Shown here: one piece after another, positions 26,582-35,879 of the stretch
Layout: each line of letters begins with the position of its first letter
Position numbering within the stretch: the stretch's first letter is position 1
Assembly: GCA_018303445.1 (NCBI GenBank)
Contig: JAGVYE010000046.1
Span: 1 to 51,201, forward strand
Direction of reading: 5' to 3'
DNA: 51,201 bases
From: Candidatus Woesearchaeota archaeon
Lineage (GTDB): Archaea; Nanobdellota; Nanobdellia; Woesearchaeales; GW2011-AR9
Program-made: the position numbers and the translations under genes
The notes under the pieces: generated by a model
What the model saw: the letters and a program-made list of their open reading frames with translations, nothing else
Database searches by the model: none
What the model was told of the DNA's origin: nothing

Positions 26582-28425
26582 AAACAATTTTGCTTATCGG
26601 AGGGAGTAGTTTTATCGGATTGCAGTGTCTACCTTATTTTTCTAAACAATATAATTGTTACGCCACATATTATAAAAACAAGATCGAAGTTAATGATAGT
26701 AAAATTTTACAACTAGACCTGCACGATAAAGAAAAGACAGAGAAATTAATTTTCTCCGTAAAACCAGATGTGATTATTCTTTGCTCCGCTATTTCAACAT
26801 TAGTTGAAGAGAAAGAATTTGAAAAAGAAATCGAAGAGATTAATATTAACGCGGTGAAGAATGTGTCAGAAGCGTCTAAAGTCATTGCAGCAAAACTTAT
26901 TTTAATTTCCACTGACTGCGTCTTTTCGGGAGAAAACGGACCTTACAAAGAAAGTGATGTAGTTTCACCAAAACAATTGTATGGAGTAACAAAAAAAGAA
27001 GCCGAGAAGATAGTGCGGGAACTTTCAGATTATGCAATTATAAGGACATCTTTAGTTTATGGCTGGCCTCAGCAATTTCAGCATGACAATTTCGTTACGA
27101 ACCTTATTAAAAAAATTCGGAAAAGGGAAGAATTTTCGGCTCACCTTGATATGTATCGCACGCCAACGTATGTTAGTGATATAAGCAAAGCGATAAGCAA
27201 TATTATCAAAAACCATTTAAAAGGAACGTTTCATGCCGCTGCTCCTGAATTCGTAAACATGTTTGATTTCGGTTTAAAAGTTTGTGAAGTGTTTAACCTT
27301 TCGAAAGACCAACTGAAGGCTAGTTTCGCTCCTGAAGAGTATCGGCAAAGACCAAAAAGGGCAGGGTTGTACTGTAAAAAATCAGAGGAACAATTAAACA
27401 TAAAATTTAAAACTATTGAAGAGGGACTGCAAGAAATGAAAAACACAACACCGCCACAGTATAATATTATTTATCCTCAGCAAAAACAAACAGTGTTAGT
27501 AACAGGTGGAGCAGGATTTATTGGCAGTCACCTCGTCGAAGCTCTGGTGAAAAAACGATTTAAAGTTAAAGTTCTCGACTCTTTAGTTAAAGGAAAGATT
27601 CAAAGTATTAAGTATTTAATAGACCAAGGAGAAGTTCAGTTTATTGAAGGAGATATTCGCAATAAAGATGCCGTAGATGAAGCGATGAAAGAAGCATCAT
27701 TTGTATTTCACACGGCAGGAATTCATATTGACAAGAGTGTTAAATCACCAGACGACTGCATAGCTAATAATATTCAAGGCTCTTACAATGTGTTCAAATC
27801 AGCATTGGATCATAAAGTCCAGCGCGTGATTTTTTCTTCTTCTTCGAGTGTCTATGGGGATCCAAAAAAACTACCAATGGTGGAAGATGACCCTTTGCTT
27901 CCTGCAGAACCGTATGGTGCATCAAAACTATTTTGTGAGCATCTTCTTCAGCACTTGGCAAAAAAAGGACTAAAATACAACACCTTGCGCTATTTTAACG
28001 TGTATGGCGAACGTCAGGCTGCCCACGCTTATTATACAACTGTTGTCATTCATTTCATTAAAAGAATCATCAGTAATGAACCACCTACAATTGACGGAAA
28101 AGGCGACCAATCTATGGATTTTACTCATGTTTCAGATGTGGTGCAAGCAAATATTTTAGCCATGGAATCAAAAACAGAAAATGAAGCTTTTAATGTAGGA
28201 ACAGGCGTAAGCACATCAGTAAAAAAACTAACAGAAATTATCATTAAAGCATTAGAGAGAGACTTACAACCAATTTTCCGTGAACGAGACGTGTTCGTCA
28301 CAAAAAGGCAAGCTGATACACGAAAAGCAGAAAGTCTCTTGGGATTTAAGACTTCAGTAAAAGTAGAGGATGGAATTACTCAAATAGCTCACGAGATTGC
28401 TCATCACCCAGAAAGATATTATTAA
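26578..28425 (+). CDS. double-SDR fusion: RmlD-like sugar reductase domain plus GalE/WbpP-like NAD-dependent epimerase/dehydratase domain
   Basis: Domain 1: ILLIGGSSFIG, STDCVFSG and YGVTKKEAE (YxxxK). Domain 2, from about nt 27484: VLVTGGAGFIGSHLVEAL and YGASKLFCE. ATGA overlap with the upstream gene. Confidence 0.8.
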   Translation: MKTILLIGGSSFIGLQCLPYFSKQYNCYATYYKNKIEVNDSKILQLDLHDKEKTEKLIFSVKPDVIILCSAISTLVEEKEFEKEIEEININAVKNVSEASKVIAAKLILISTDCVFSGENGPYKESDVVSPKQLYGVTKKEAEKIVRELSDYAIIRTSLVYGWPQQFQHDNFVTNLIKKIRKREEFSAHLDMYRTPTYVSDISKAISNIIKNHLKGTFHAAAPEFVNMFDFGLKVCEVFNLSKDQLKASFAPEEYRQRPKRAGLYCKKSEEQLNIKFKTIEEGLQEMKNTTPPQYNIIYPQQKQTVLVTGGAGFIGSHLVEALVKKRFKVKVLDSLVKGKIQSIKYLIDQGEVQFIEGDIRNKDAVDEAMKEASFVFHTAGIHIDKSVKSPDDCIANNIQGSYNVFKSALDHKVQRVIFSSSSSVYGDPKKLPMVEDDPLLPAEPYGASKLFCEHLLQHLAKKGLKYNTLRYFNVYGERQAAHAYYTTVVIHFIKRIISNEPPTIDGKGDQSMDFTHVSDVVQANILAMESKTENEAFNVGTGVSTSVKKLTEIIIKALERDLQPIFRERDVFVTKRQADTRKAESLLGFKTSVKVEDGITQIAHEIAHHPERYY

Positions 28426-28542
28426 AAATAAAAATCCCAGCCACTGCAAAGGATGGTATTTTTAATTAATAATACTTTACAAATTCCAAAAAAAAGACAA
28501 AAAAGAAACCAAGCCACTATAAGCAGAGGGGTATCATAACGA

Positions 28543-31500
28543 ATGAAAATTCGAACAGATTTCCTTTTATTAGCAAAACCAACAATCGAAGAAGAGGAAC
28601 GAAAAGCAGTAGACGAAGTTCTATGCTCTGGATGGTTAACAACCGGGCCTAAAGTTAAAGAATTTGAAGAGAAAATGCAGCAATACCTTCAATGTGAAAA
28701 AGCAATAGCTTTAACCTCATGCACAGGGGGGTTGCATATTGCTTTGGCAGCAGTAGGAGTAAGTCCTGGCGATGAGGTGATCGTTCCTGTGTATACTTTT
28801 GTCGCTTGCGCTCATGTAGTAGAATGGCTCGGTGCAAAGCCTGTTTTTGTTGACGTAGATAAAGATACTTTTAACATTGACCATTCAAAAATTGAAGAAG
28901 CAATTACGTCGAAAACAAAAGCGATTATGCCCGTGCACTTTGCCGGTCATGCCTGTAATATGGATAAAATCTTGGAGATAGCAAAAAAACATCATCTTTT
29001 TGTCGTAGAAGATGCCGCCCATGCCATCGGAACAGAATATCGCGGAAAGAAAATAGGAACGCATGGTGATGCGACTGTGTTCAGTTTTTATGCTACCAAA
29101 ACCATGACTACAGCAGAAGGGGGGATGATCACAACTAATAACAAAGTACTAGGTGAGAAATTAAAACGATTTTCTTATTTCGGTGTTGACAAAGATGCTT
29201 ATGGAAGATATTCTGACAGAGGCACATGGTATTACGAAGTTATTGAAAAAGGATTTAAATATAACATGGACAACATCCACGGTGCTTTAGGTGTTGAGCA
29301 ATTAAAAAAAGTAGAAGGGTTTATTGCTAGAAGAAGAATCCTCGCAGCTTTGTATAATGCCCTTCTGCGAGACGTTCCAGGCATCGTCACCCCAGTAGAA
29401 AAAGAATACACGAAACATTCTTATCATCTTTATCCGATACTTTTAGACGTTGACAATGTTAAAATAACACGTGCTGATTTTATTGAAAAATTACGTGAGT
29501 ATAAAATTGGTTCCAGTGTCCATTTCATCCCTCTTCATTTGCATCCTTATTACCAAAAAAAATATGATTATAAACAAGGAAATTTCCCCATAGCTGAGTA
29601 TATTTATGATCACGAAGTGTCCCTTCCTCTTTTTCCTTCAATGACGGCAGAAGACGTCAAGTATGTAGTCGACGCGATAAAAGAAATCATCGAAAAAGCT
29701 GGGAACGTACAAGAAAAAAAAGAACGGAGTGATTCTAATAGGCTAAAGAAGAAGGTTATTACGATTGGAAACAAAACGATAGGCGGAGACAACCCTTGCT
29801 TTACAATAGCTGAGATAGGTATTAATTTTAATGGCTCTCTAGAAAAAGCGATGACCCTTATTGATTCAGCAGTGGAAGCAGGCTGCGATGCGGTAAAGTT
29901 TCAAGCATTCACTGCCAAAAATTTATACTCAAAAACAGCAGGCAACTTAGATTGGGAAGATAAAAAAAATAAGTATTCTTACTCGATCTATGATAATGTA
30001 AAGCAATTTGAACTGCCAAAAGAGTGGGTGCCTTTACTGAAGCAATATTGTGAGAAAAATGGCATTATTTTCTTTTCCAGTATTTGCGATGAAGAACAAG
30101 CTGATTATTATGACACATTAGGAGTTCCTTTATTTAAAACGACAAGTTATGCCATTACTCATCTGCCACTTATGGAGCATATCGCAAAGAAAAGAAAACC
30201 ATTAATCATTTCAACTGGAGGGGCCACTCTTGAAGAAATTAGGGAAGCGTATGAAACCGCTAGAAAATATAATGACAAAATAATTATTCTTCATTGTATG
30301 ATTAAGTACCCTGCTCCACTATCAGAAATAAACATGAACGTCCTAGAAACATTGCAGAATGAATTTCCCGAGGCAGTTATTGGGTATTCAGACCACTCAG
30401 CTGAACCTGCTGATGCTCCAATCGCAGCTATCTATAAAAAAGCAAAAGTGATTGAAAAGCACATTACTCTTGATAAAAAAATGCCGGGACCTGACCATTT
30501 TTTTGCTTTGGAACCAGAGGAATTAAAACAGATGGTAAGAACGATAAAAGAAACCGAAAAAAAAATAGCACAAGCAGAAAAGATAGATATAAATCCCTTA
30601 ATCTTAGGAAATTCAGAAAAAATAATTAACTCGAGTGAGAAATATCTGCGAGAATTCGCCTATCAGACCATTATTACTTCCGGCTCCATAAAAGAAGGAG
30701 AAACAATTTCTGTAAATAATGTAAAAGTTTTACGTCCCGGAAAGCTTAAAAAAGGTCTTCCCCCGAAAGATTACCCTTCTTTAACAAACGGTTCTTTCAT
30801 GGCCAAACATTCTTTTCCTGAAGGAGAAATTATATTATGGGGAGACGTCGAAAAAACAAGAAAAAATGGAGCTGAAGCTATAAAAAATCTTTTAGAAAAA
30901 AATAGAGAAAAAAACAATAGCTTAAATGAGGAAAAAAAAACGTATATTATAGCTGAAATTGCTTCGGCTCATTGCGGTGATATTCACAGGTTAAAGACTA
31001 TCATTAAAAAGAGCGCTGAAACTGGAGTTAATGCGATAAAATTTCAAGTATTTAATGTAGATTACTTTGTTTCAAAATTTCATCCAAATTATGAGAACAA
31101 CAAAAAGAACCAATTTAGTATTGAACAATGGACAGAAATCTTTGAATTTAGCCAACAGTTTAATATTGATCTCTGGGCTGACGTTTTTGACGAAGAAAGT
31201 GCTAATTTAGCTGATAAATACGTTTGTGGATTTAAATTACATTCTACCGATATTACAAACAATTTCATGATTGAACACATCGCCAAAAAAGGAAAGCCAA
31301 TCATCTTAGCAACAGGCGGAGCATCGCTGGAGGAATTAAAAAAAGCTGTACAAAAAATAGAAGACCTGGGAAACAACCAGATTATCTTAACGCAGGGATT
31401 TCAAGCATATCCTACAGATATTAGTAAAGTTAATTTAAAAAGAATTGAAATTCTTAAAAAAGAATTTCCACAATGCATCTTGGGATATCATGACCATACT

Positions 31501-32679
31501 GACGCTGAATCAGTGATGAAAATTATTCTCCCCGTCGCATCCGTAGCGTATGGAGCGAAAGTTATTGAAAAGCATATTACTGATGATCGCTCTTTAAAAG
31601 GTTTTGATTACGAGTCTGCATTGAATCCAGACGAATTAAAAGAGCTTGTAAAGGCTATTCGCGCTTTTGAAAGTAGCGTTGGAAAAGAAGGATTTGAACT
31701 ATCTTTAGATGAACTACAATATCGCGATTACACGAAAAGATACATTGTTGCAAAATGCCCTCTTAACAAAGGCAACATCATTCAACAAGAAAATCTAGCG
31801 TTTAAGCGTTCTACCAAAGGGATTACTCCAAATCAGTACCAAAAAATTGTTGGATTGAAAACTATACGGGACCTAAAAGAAGACGAAAGTATTACACCCC
31901 TTGATGTTAAAAACAAAGTTGTTATTACCTTGGCTGTCCGTCTCAAATCAAAAAGGCTGCCTAAAAAAGCAATATTAGACATTGAAGGTCAGACCGCTAT
32001 CGAGCACCAGATTGATCGCTTAAAACGGTGTAAGGAAGGGGAAGTTATTCTTTGTACTTCAACCCTAGAAGAAGACGAGCAACTCATTGGAATTGCTCAA
32101 AAGAAAGGAATTAAGTATTTCGCGGGTGATCCTGACGATGTAATGGATCGTTTTGTGCAATGTGCTGAACGAGAAGAGGCAAACATAGTAGTAAGAACAA
32201 CAGGCGATTGTCCTTTGATTGATCCCGAAATTGTAGATAAATTGATTATTCATCACCTTAAGACTGGGGCTGATTACACAGGGATTGAGGATGTACCTAT
32301 CGGATTTGAAGCAGAAGTGATAAACGTAGCAACTTTAAAAGAAGCGAAAGGAAGAGTAAAAGATCCAAAAGATACAGAATTCATGACTTGGTTTATTAAA
32401 GATCCTTTCCATTTTAAAGTCGAAATTTTGCCCATTGACGAAGCAATAAAATGTAATTATCGTATGACTTTAGACACACCCCAGGATTTACAGGCGATTA
32501 GGGAAGTGTTTAAAGCACTGTACCCCAAAAAACGAGATTTTACAATAGGGGATATAGTCGATTTCTTAAACGAGCATCCTGAAGTTGTTAGTATTAATAT
32601 GGACTATCAGCAGATTAAAAGACCACCCAAGCTGGCTGAGATGAGAGAACATAAAACTGTATTTGAAGAAGCAAAATAA
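28543..32679 (+). CDS. four-domain fusion: DegT/PseC-type aminotransferase + NeuB-type nonulosonate synthase + second NeuB-type synthase + SpsF/PseF-type cytidylyltransferase
   Basis: aa 1-386: SFYATKTMTTAEGG (PLP Lys). aa 404-770: NPCFTIAEIGINFNGS, IGYSDHS, IEKHITLDK and a SAF domain. aa 798-1122: YIIAEIASAHCGD, LGYHDHT, IEKHITDD and a SAF domain. aa 1125-1378: ITLAVRLKSKRLPKKA and TGDCPLIDP. One uninterrupted 1378-codon ORF. Confidence 0.85.
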   Translation: MKIRTDFLLLAKPTIEEEERKAVDEVLCSGWLTTGPKVKEFEEKMQQYLQCEKAIALTSCTGGLHIALAAVGVSPGDEVIVPVYTFVACAHVVEWLGAKPVFVDVDKDTFNIDHSKIEEAITSKTKAIMPVHFAGHACNMDKILEIAKKHHLFVVEDAAHAIGTEYRGKKIGTHGDATVFSFYATKTMTTAEGGMITTNNKVLGEKLKRFSYFGVDKDAYGRYSDRGTWYYEVIEKGFKYNMDNIHGALGVEQLKKVEGFIARRRILAALYNALLRDVPGIVTPVEKEYTKHSYHLYPILLDVDNVKITRADFIEKLREYKIGSSVHFIPLHLHPYYQKKYDYKQGNFPIAEYIYDHEVSLPLFPSMTAEDVKYVVDAIKEIIEKAGNVQEKKERSDSNRLKKKVITIGNKTIGGDNPCFTIAEIGINFNGSLEKAMTLIDSAVEAGCDAVKFQAFTAKNLYSKTAGNLDWEDKKNKYSYSIYDNVKQFELPKEWVPLLKQYCEKNGIIFFSSICDEEQADYYDTLGVPLFKTTSYAITHLPLMEHIAKKRKPLIISTGGATLEEIREAYETARKYNDKIIILHCMIKYPAPLSEINMNVLETLQNEFPEAVIGYSDHSAEPADAPIAAIYKKAKVIEKHITLDKKMPGPDHFFALEPEELKQMVRTIKETEKKIAQAEKIDINPLILGNSEKIINSSEKYLREFAYQTIITSGSIKEGETISVNNVKVLRPGKLKKGLPPKDYPSLTNGSFMAKHSFPEGEIILWGDVEKTRKNGAEAIKNLLEKNREKNNSLNEEKKTYIIAEIASAHCGDIHRLKTIIKKSAETGVNAIKFQVFNVDYFVSKFHPNYENNKKNQFSIEQWTEIFEFSQQFNIDLWADVFDEESANLADKYVCGFKLHSTDITNNFMIEHIAKKGKPIILATGGASLEELKKAVQKIEDLGNNQIILTQGFQAYPTDISKVNLKRIEILKKEFPQCILGYHDHTDAESVMKIILPVASVAYGAKVIEKHITDDRSLKGFDYESALNPDELKELVKAIRAFESSVGKEGFELSLDELQYRDYTKRYIVAKCPLNKGNIIQQENLAFKRSTKGITPNQYQKIVGLKTIRDLKEDESITPLDVKNKVVITLAVRLKSKRLPKKAILDIEGQTAIEHQIDRLKRCKEGEVILCTSTLEEDEQLIGIAQKKGIKYFAGDPDDVMDRFVQCAEREEANIVVRTTGDCPLIDPEIVDKLIIHHLKTGADYTGIEDVPIGFEAEVINVATLKEAKGRVKDPKDTEFMTWFIKDPFHFKVEILPIDEAIKCNYRMTLDTPQDLQAIREVFKALYPKKRDFTIGDIVDFLNEHPEVVSINMDYQQIKRPPKLAEMREHKTVFEEAK

Positions 32680-32700
32680 AATATAAATCCTAATGACTAC

Positions 32701-33156
32701 ATGGAAACAAAAAATATAGAAAATATTGAAAAATATATGGAAATCCTCTGGAATCATGACGTAAAAAATCGGCAAATTAATTTTCTAAGAGATAGTCCTC
32801 AGCGTCAGATTTTTGAAGAAAGGATAAGGAAAGAATTTCAAGATCAACCACAGGGATTTTTTTTAGTTTATGAAAATAAGAAAGTGATAGGCTCTCTTAT
32901 TCTAAAAATCTCGTTTAACCCTTATCGTCAGCAGAAATATGGGGATGTTCGAGCCATCTTTTTAGAATCACAATGCCGCGGCAAAGGATACGGAACAAAA
33001 TTATTAGACTTTGCGGATGAATTTTTTAAGAAGAACGGCTGTGCTTATGCCTTTGCTGGTATTGCTACTCATAATTCTGCTTCAAATGCTTTATTTGCTA
33101 AAAGTAATTATGTTCATACCAGAACAATTTTAGAAAAAAATTATGATGAAACATGA
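32701..33156 (+). CDS. GNAT-family N-acetyltransferase (PseH/SpsD-like position)
   Basis: AIFLESQCRGKGYGTKLLDFA (acetyl-CoA binding R/Q-x-x-G-x-G/A). 151 aa. Confidence 0.75.
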   Translation: METKNIENIEKYMEILWNHDVKNRQINFLRDSPQRQIFEERIRKEFQDQPQGFFLVYENKKVIGSLILKISFNPYRQQKYGDVRAIFLESQCRGKGYGTKLLDFADEFFKKNGCAYAFAGIATHNSASNALFAKSNYVHTRTILEKNYDET

Positions 33157-34205
33157 CTTTTCTCATTGGCATTCGCACCGACGGGAGTACAAGTTATGGT
33201 TTAGGACATATTAGTAGTTGCCTAGCTCTGTGTGAGTTTCTGAAAGATTATCCTGATTTGAAAGTATTATTTATTATGAAGAACTGGAGAGAGGGTGTTA
33301 ATAAAGTAAAATCTGAAAGTTATGACGTTATAACTATCGACCCCAAACTTTCAGAAGAAAAAGTAGCCGAAGAAACAACTAAAATTCTTTGTGAACAAAA
33401 AGCGCATCTTTTACTCACAGACCTTCTCGAAATAAGTTATGATTTCTCACCATCACTGAAAAGTAATGGGATCAAAACAATAAGTATTGATATTTTGGGA
33501 AACATTAATTTAAAAAGTGATATTATTATTAATAGAACGATAGTCAATTTACGATGTCATAAGTATAACAAAAATCAGGGAACTATTTTTTTTGTAGGGC
33601 CAGAATATGTTATTCTACGAAAGCAATTCCTTAATTTCAGGGAGAGAGAAATTCAAAAAAAAGTAAAGAATGTTTTAGTGTGTATGGGGGGAGGAGATGA
33701 ATTTAACATTACAACGAGAGTAATAAAGATTCTGCAAAATATAAAGCATATAAAAGTAGTTGCGGTCATAGGAGCAGCATTTAGAGGAGAAGATGAATTG
33801 CGAAAAACAATGGAAAGAAATATCAAACAATTTGTCTTGCGACGTAACGTAAAAAACATGGCTAAGTTACTGCATGATTGTGACGTTGCTGTTAGTGCTG
33901 GCGGCTCGATGCTGTACGAACTTGCTGCCACAGGAACTCCAGCTTTAATAATCCCCATGAATGAACATCAAATTGAGAATGCTCGTGAATTTGTGGAACG
34001 TAAAAGTGTCATATGTACAGAAATCCATAGTAAAGTAGGTAATAAGCAAATTGAAATTAATTTAGATAGGCTTTTTAAAGATTATCTTCTACGACAGGAA
34101 ATGAGCAAAAAAGGGCCTCAAATCACAGATGGAAGGGGAGGAGAACGGGTGGCAAAGATTATCTACGAACATTTAAACGGAAAAAGAATAAATTTAGAAA
34201 AATAA
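33153..34205 (+). CDS. PseG/SpsG-like UDP-sugar hydrolase (GT28-C-like fold)
   Basis: LIGIRTDGSTSYGLGHISSCLAL matches the PseG N-terminal R-x-D-G-x-x-x-x-G-x-GH signature. C-terminal AGGSMLYELAATGTPALIIP. ATGA overlap with the upstream gene. Confidence 0.75.
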   Translation: MTFLIGIRTDGSTSYGLGHISSCLALCEFLKDYPDLKVLFIMKNWREGVNKVKSESYDVITIDPKLSEEKVAEETTKILCEQKAHLLLTDLLEISYDFSPSLKSNGIKTISIDILGNINLKSDIIINRTIVNLRCHKYNKNQGTIFFVGPEYVILRKQFLNFREREIQKKVKNVLVCMGGGDEFNITTRVIKILQNIKHIKVVAVIGAAFRGEDELRKTMERNIKQFVLRRNVKNMAKLLHDCDVAVSAGGSMLYELAATGTPALIIPMNEHQIENAREFVERKSVICTEIHSKVGNKQIEINLDRLFKDYLLRQEMSKKGPQITDGRGGERVAKIIYEHLNGKRINLEK

Positions 34206-34214
34206 TTGTTAAAA

Positions 34215-35786
34215 ATGTCACTTATGAATATTATTGATGAACTTAATCCGGGATGGAACACAAAGAAGATTGATGGTGCAAGCATCCAAGATTCATTAAA
34301 AATAGAAAGTATAGAACTGTGGTGGTTTTATCAGAGATTTTTAGTAAGGTACGTCCTTCCGAGTTATCTTAAACAAAAAAATGGAAATTTGAGTGAAAAT
34401 CTAAGTCAAGGAAAAGAATGGTTTTATTCTATTTTTTTTAGATTCATGAATTACAGAAACCGTAAATTTTTGAAATATAATGAATCTATAAAAAGAAAAA
34501 TTTCAAAGCAAAATTCTCCTACAGGAAATATCGAAAGAGAGAAAGCCCTCTTTCTAACGTATACAAATCACCTCACGGAAAAAGGGGAAATATACAGAAT
34601 TGAAAAAATAGTACAAAAAATATCCCAAGAAGGGATTTTAAAGCCATTGGTGATTTTTGCTGACCCCCTTTCTGGAATATCATACTTTAAAATCAGGAAG
34701 CAAAATCATACCATTTACGCGTTTATAAGTGAAGAGGTTAAAAAAAAAGCGGAAGAGGCTTCTCAGGATCTTGTTAAAAAATGGAAGTCGTTCAACAAAA
34801 AATGGTTATTTGGAAATCAATGGGAAGAAGTTAAATGGCCATTAGAATTATTTTTTTCACGAGAGTTTATATGCCATACAGCTTTGTATTATTTTGCATT
34901 TAAAAATCTTTTACAACAACAGAAAGTTAAAGCTGTTGTTATTACCGCGAGTAATGGATTATACGAACGATGCTGTATGGCGGCTGCTTTTAAATTAGAA
35001 ATCCCCGTTATTAATATACAGCATGGTGAAGGATTAGGTTGTGTTAACCCGGGGTTATTGCCAGGAGTGACTTTTGCCGTGTTTGGAGACGCTTACAAAG
35101 AAAGACTCACTTCTTGGGTGAAAGAAAAAGACATTGCCATTACTGGACCTCTTACTTTTGACCAAATATGTGATTATAAAAAAAAATCAACGATGAGAAA
35201 AAGCGGAAAGATTACTTTGATTACGGGCCCTTTCGTTGATAATAACCTTCTTCCTTCAGAAGTTTATTTTGAATACATTAATAAGATTTTGCAGGCTACT
35301 TCACCATTTTATAAAGAGATTATTATAAAATTGCATCCCCGTGAAAGAATGAGAGAAGAATACCAGAAAGTTATAGAAAAGAATAATTTTAAGAATGTAA
35401 TGATTGAGGAGAGGAAAGACGTTAATGTATTATATCAATTATTAAGTTCGAGCGACTTAGTAATCAATTTCGATTCAACAGTTGCCTTGGAAGCAATGAT
35501 CTTAGGAAAGCCCATTCTTACGATTAATTTTCAGTTAAATCTCGTGCCTAATTACCAAGAATCACCTTTTATTGGTGGGTTAATCGTAACGATGAACGAT
35601 AACCTCAAAGAAGCTGTAAAAGAAGCAATGGATCAAAAATGGGAAGCTAAACGTGAACAAATTGTTCAGAAGTTTTGCTTTAAGACTGATGGGAAAGCAG
35701 CAGAAAGAATGGTTGAGTTAATTTACGAGAAAGCAGGTATGGATCATAAGACCCCCGTAAGAGAAACTCTTAAAAAATCATTCTGA
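34215..35786 (+). CDS. putative GT-B-fold surface-carbohydrate transferase (Glyphos_transf/Capsule_synth-like); candidate nonulosonate transferase
   Basis: C-terminal half ITLITGPF..., IIKLHPRE and LLSSSDLVINFDSTVALEAMILGKPILTI resembles the nucleotide-sugar-binding half of CDP-glycerol/capsule-type transferases. Weak, by-eye only. Alternative TTG start at 34206. Confidence 0.45.
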   Translation: MSLMNIIDELNPGWNTKKIDGASIQDSLKIESIELWWFYQRFLVRYVLPSYLKQKNGNLSENLSQGKEWFYSIFFRFMNYRNRKFLKYNESIKRKISKQNSPTGNIEREKALFLTYTNHLTEKGEIYRIEKIVQKISQEGILKPLVIFADPLSGISYFKIRKQNHTIYAFISEEVKKKAEEASQDLVKKWKSFNKKWLFGNQWEEVKWPLELFFSREFICHTALYYFAFKNLLQQQKVKAVVITASNGLYERCCMAAAFKLEIPVINIQHGEGLGCVNPGLLPGVTFAVFGDAYKERLTSWVKEKDIAITGPLTFDQICDYKKKSTMRKSGKITLITGPFVDNNLLPSEVYFEYINKILQATSPFYKEIIIKLHPRERMREEYQKVIEKNNFKNVMIEERKDVNVLYQLLSSSDLVINFDSTVALEAMILGKPILTINFQLNLVPNYQESPFIGGLIVTMNDNLKEAVKEAMDQKWEAKREQIVQKFCFKTDGKAAERMVELIYEKAGMDHKTPVRETLKKSF

Positions 35787-35879
35787 GACGACAGTAGACG
35801 ATGAAAAATTTAAGTTATTAATGAAAAAAATAAAACTTTTGGAAATACTTAAAAACTACCATCCTCCAGAGCTTTTATC

